A stretch of DNA of 64,000 bases from Lytechinus pictus (Eukaryota): positions 12,092,001-12,156,000 of the forward strand of contig NC_087252.1 of the NCBI RefSeq assembly GCF_037042905.1, read 5' to 3'. Below, one piece after another: positions 63,160 to 64,000 of the stretch. The stretch's first letter is position 1. Each line of letters opens with the position of its first letter. The notes under the pieces were generated by a model. It worked only from the letters and a program-made list of their open reading frames with translations. It was not told where the DNA came from and searched no databases. A program made the translations under genes and the position numbers.

Positions 63160-64000
63160 TAATCAAAAATCTGGAATAATTTACCACATTTTCTTCAAAA
63201 TCTACCTTCAATTAACTCCTTTAAGAGAATGTATAAAAAGCTCTTCCAATGTTAAAGGGGAGTGAAATCTTTGGAATAGGTAGGCTGGTGTCGAGGCGGA
63301 GGGGTCGAGGAGGCAGATCGGCGAGGGTTTGAGAGGGGTCGGACGGGCGGTGGGAGGGTTGTGGGCGTTTGAATGTTGCGATCACTGATGCTGTGGGGAT
63401 CCTCCCATTGGCGGTGCGACGGGGGTGTGTGGTGTCGCATGTTAACAGCTTTCCCTTTAATGGACTGTGAGATGCCGGCCCAGGGGAGAGTTGTTCGCAG
63501 GTGGCATCGCACATCTTTGTTGCGTCGCCGGTGTGGGGGTCTCCGTAGCGTTGGTGATCGCATTGTTCGGGTGCTCGTGGCCTTCTCATTGTTTGTCCGA
63601 TTTTTCCCGGGCTTTCGTTGGTCTGTTTCTTTGATTTTTCTGATTTCACACGGGCTATTTTTGTTCTAAGGGTTTCATTCTCCTCTAATACTTATCATAT
63701 GAAGCATCATTGTGAAAGGTTGGGTGGTGTTATCAGATTATCTTGCCGTGATTACTTAACTAGTTCGAACTGAATTCCATTTTTTAATGTCATAATATAA
63801 TTATTTACAGTATTTTGTTATCATATTTCAGTAGCTATGTAATCTCAGTTTTTCAATGTCTTAACATAATTATTTACAGTATTTTTTTTATCATATTTTA
63901 GTAGCTAAGTTTAAATATTTATATGTATTTTGCATCATGATATTATTGTAACTTTATATGTTTTTTATCCCTGTTAAATCAGGACATTGATGTAAAACAG
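63160..64000 (+). mobile_element. 3' end of a second CR1/L2-group LINE (ORF2 C-terminus plus GC-rich putative 3'UTR)
   Basis: 63169-63255 translates IWNNLPHFLQNLPSINSFKRMYKKLFQC*, matching the IWNSLP..SLNSFK end of the other LINE. Homology to the G7 intron stops at about 63148. Right boundary not determined. Confidence 0.65.
63781..63907. repeat. Two-copy tandem repeat of about 60 bp
   Basis: tttttaatgtcataatataattatttacagtatttt..tatcatattt.agtagcta repeated. Confidence 0.6.

Noticed and set aside
63221..63669. Three overlapping GC-rich ORFs
   Set aside because: Low-complexity GC-rich sequence directly after a LINE ORF2 stop; likely LINE 3'UTR.

Overview
Eukaryotic, AT-rich, intron-containing DNA. 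The repeat and gene style suggests an invertebrate deuterostome such as an echinoderm (inference). The window is a head-to-tail minus-strand tandem array of ten immunoglobulin-superfamily genes (named here G1-G10, left to right). They are built from symmetric phase-1 exons: signal peptide (L), a V-set domain with an extra Cys pair, three CD80-like C2 domains (A, B, C), and in some copies a fifth Ig exon (D) and the start of an FN3 domain. This is a Sidestep/nephrin-like ectodomain. L, V, A and B are almost always intact. The 3' end of every copy is truncated, by several different lesions, and no transmembrane exon is visible. The products are therefore predicted to be secreted V-C2-C2-C2 proteins with variable CDR-like loops, or cassettes spliced to constant exons outside the window. 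Every leader in the window has an IRF/ISRE-like GAAAN(2-3)GAAA motif about 145-240 bp upstream, even in otherwise non-homologous promoters. The array grew by nested tandem duplications (about 5.4 kb and about 20.5 kb) with V-exon swapping and mosaic genes. Also present: a 1.5-kb foldback DNA transposon sitting in a splice acceptor, two CR1/L2-group LINE insertions, hAT-like MITEs, and two copies of a decayed intronless coiled-coil/beta-propeller (TRIM-like) gene.
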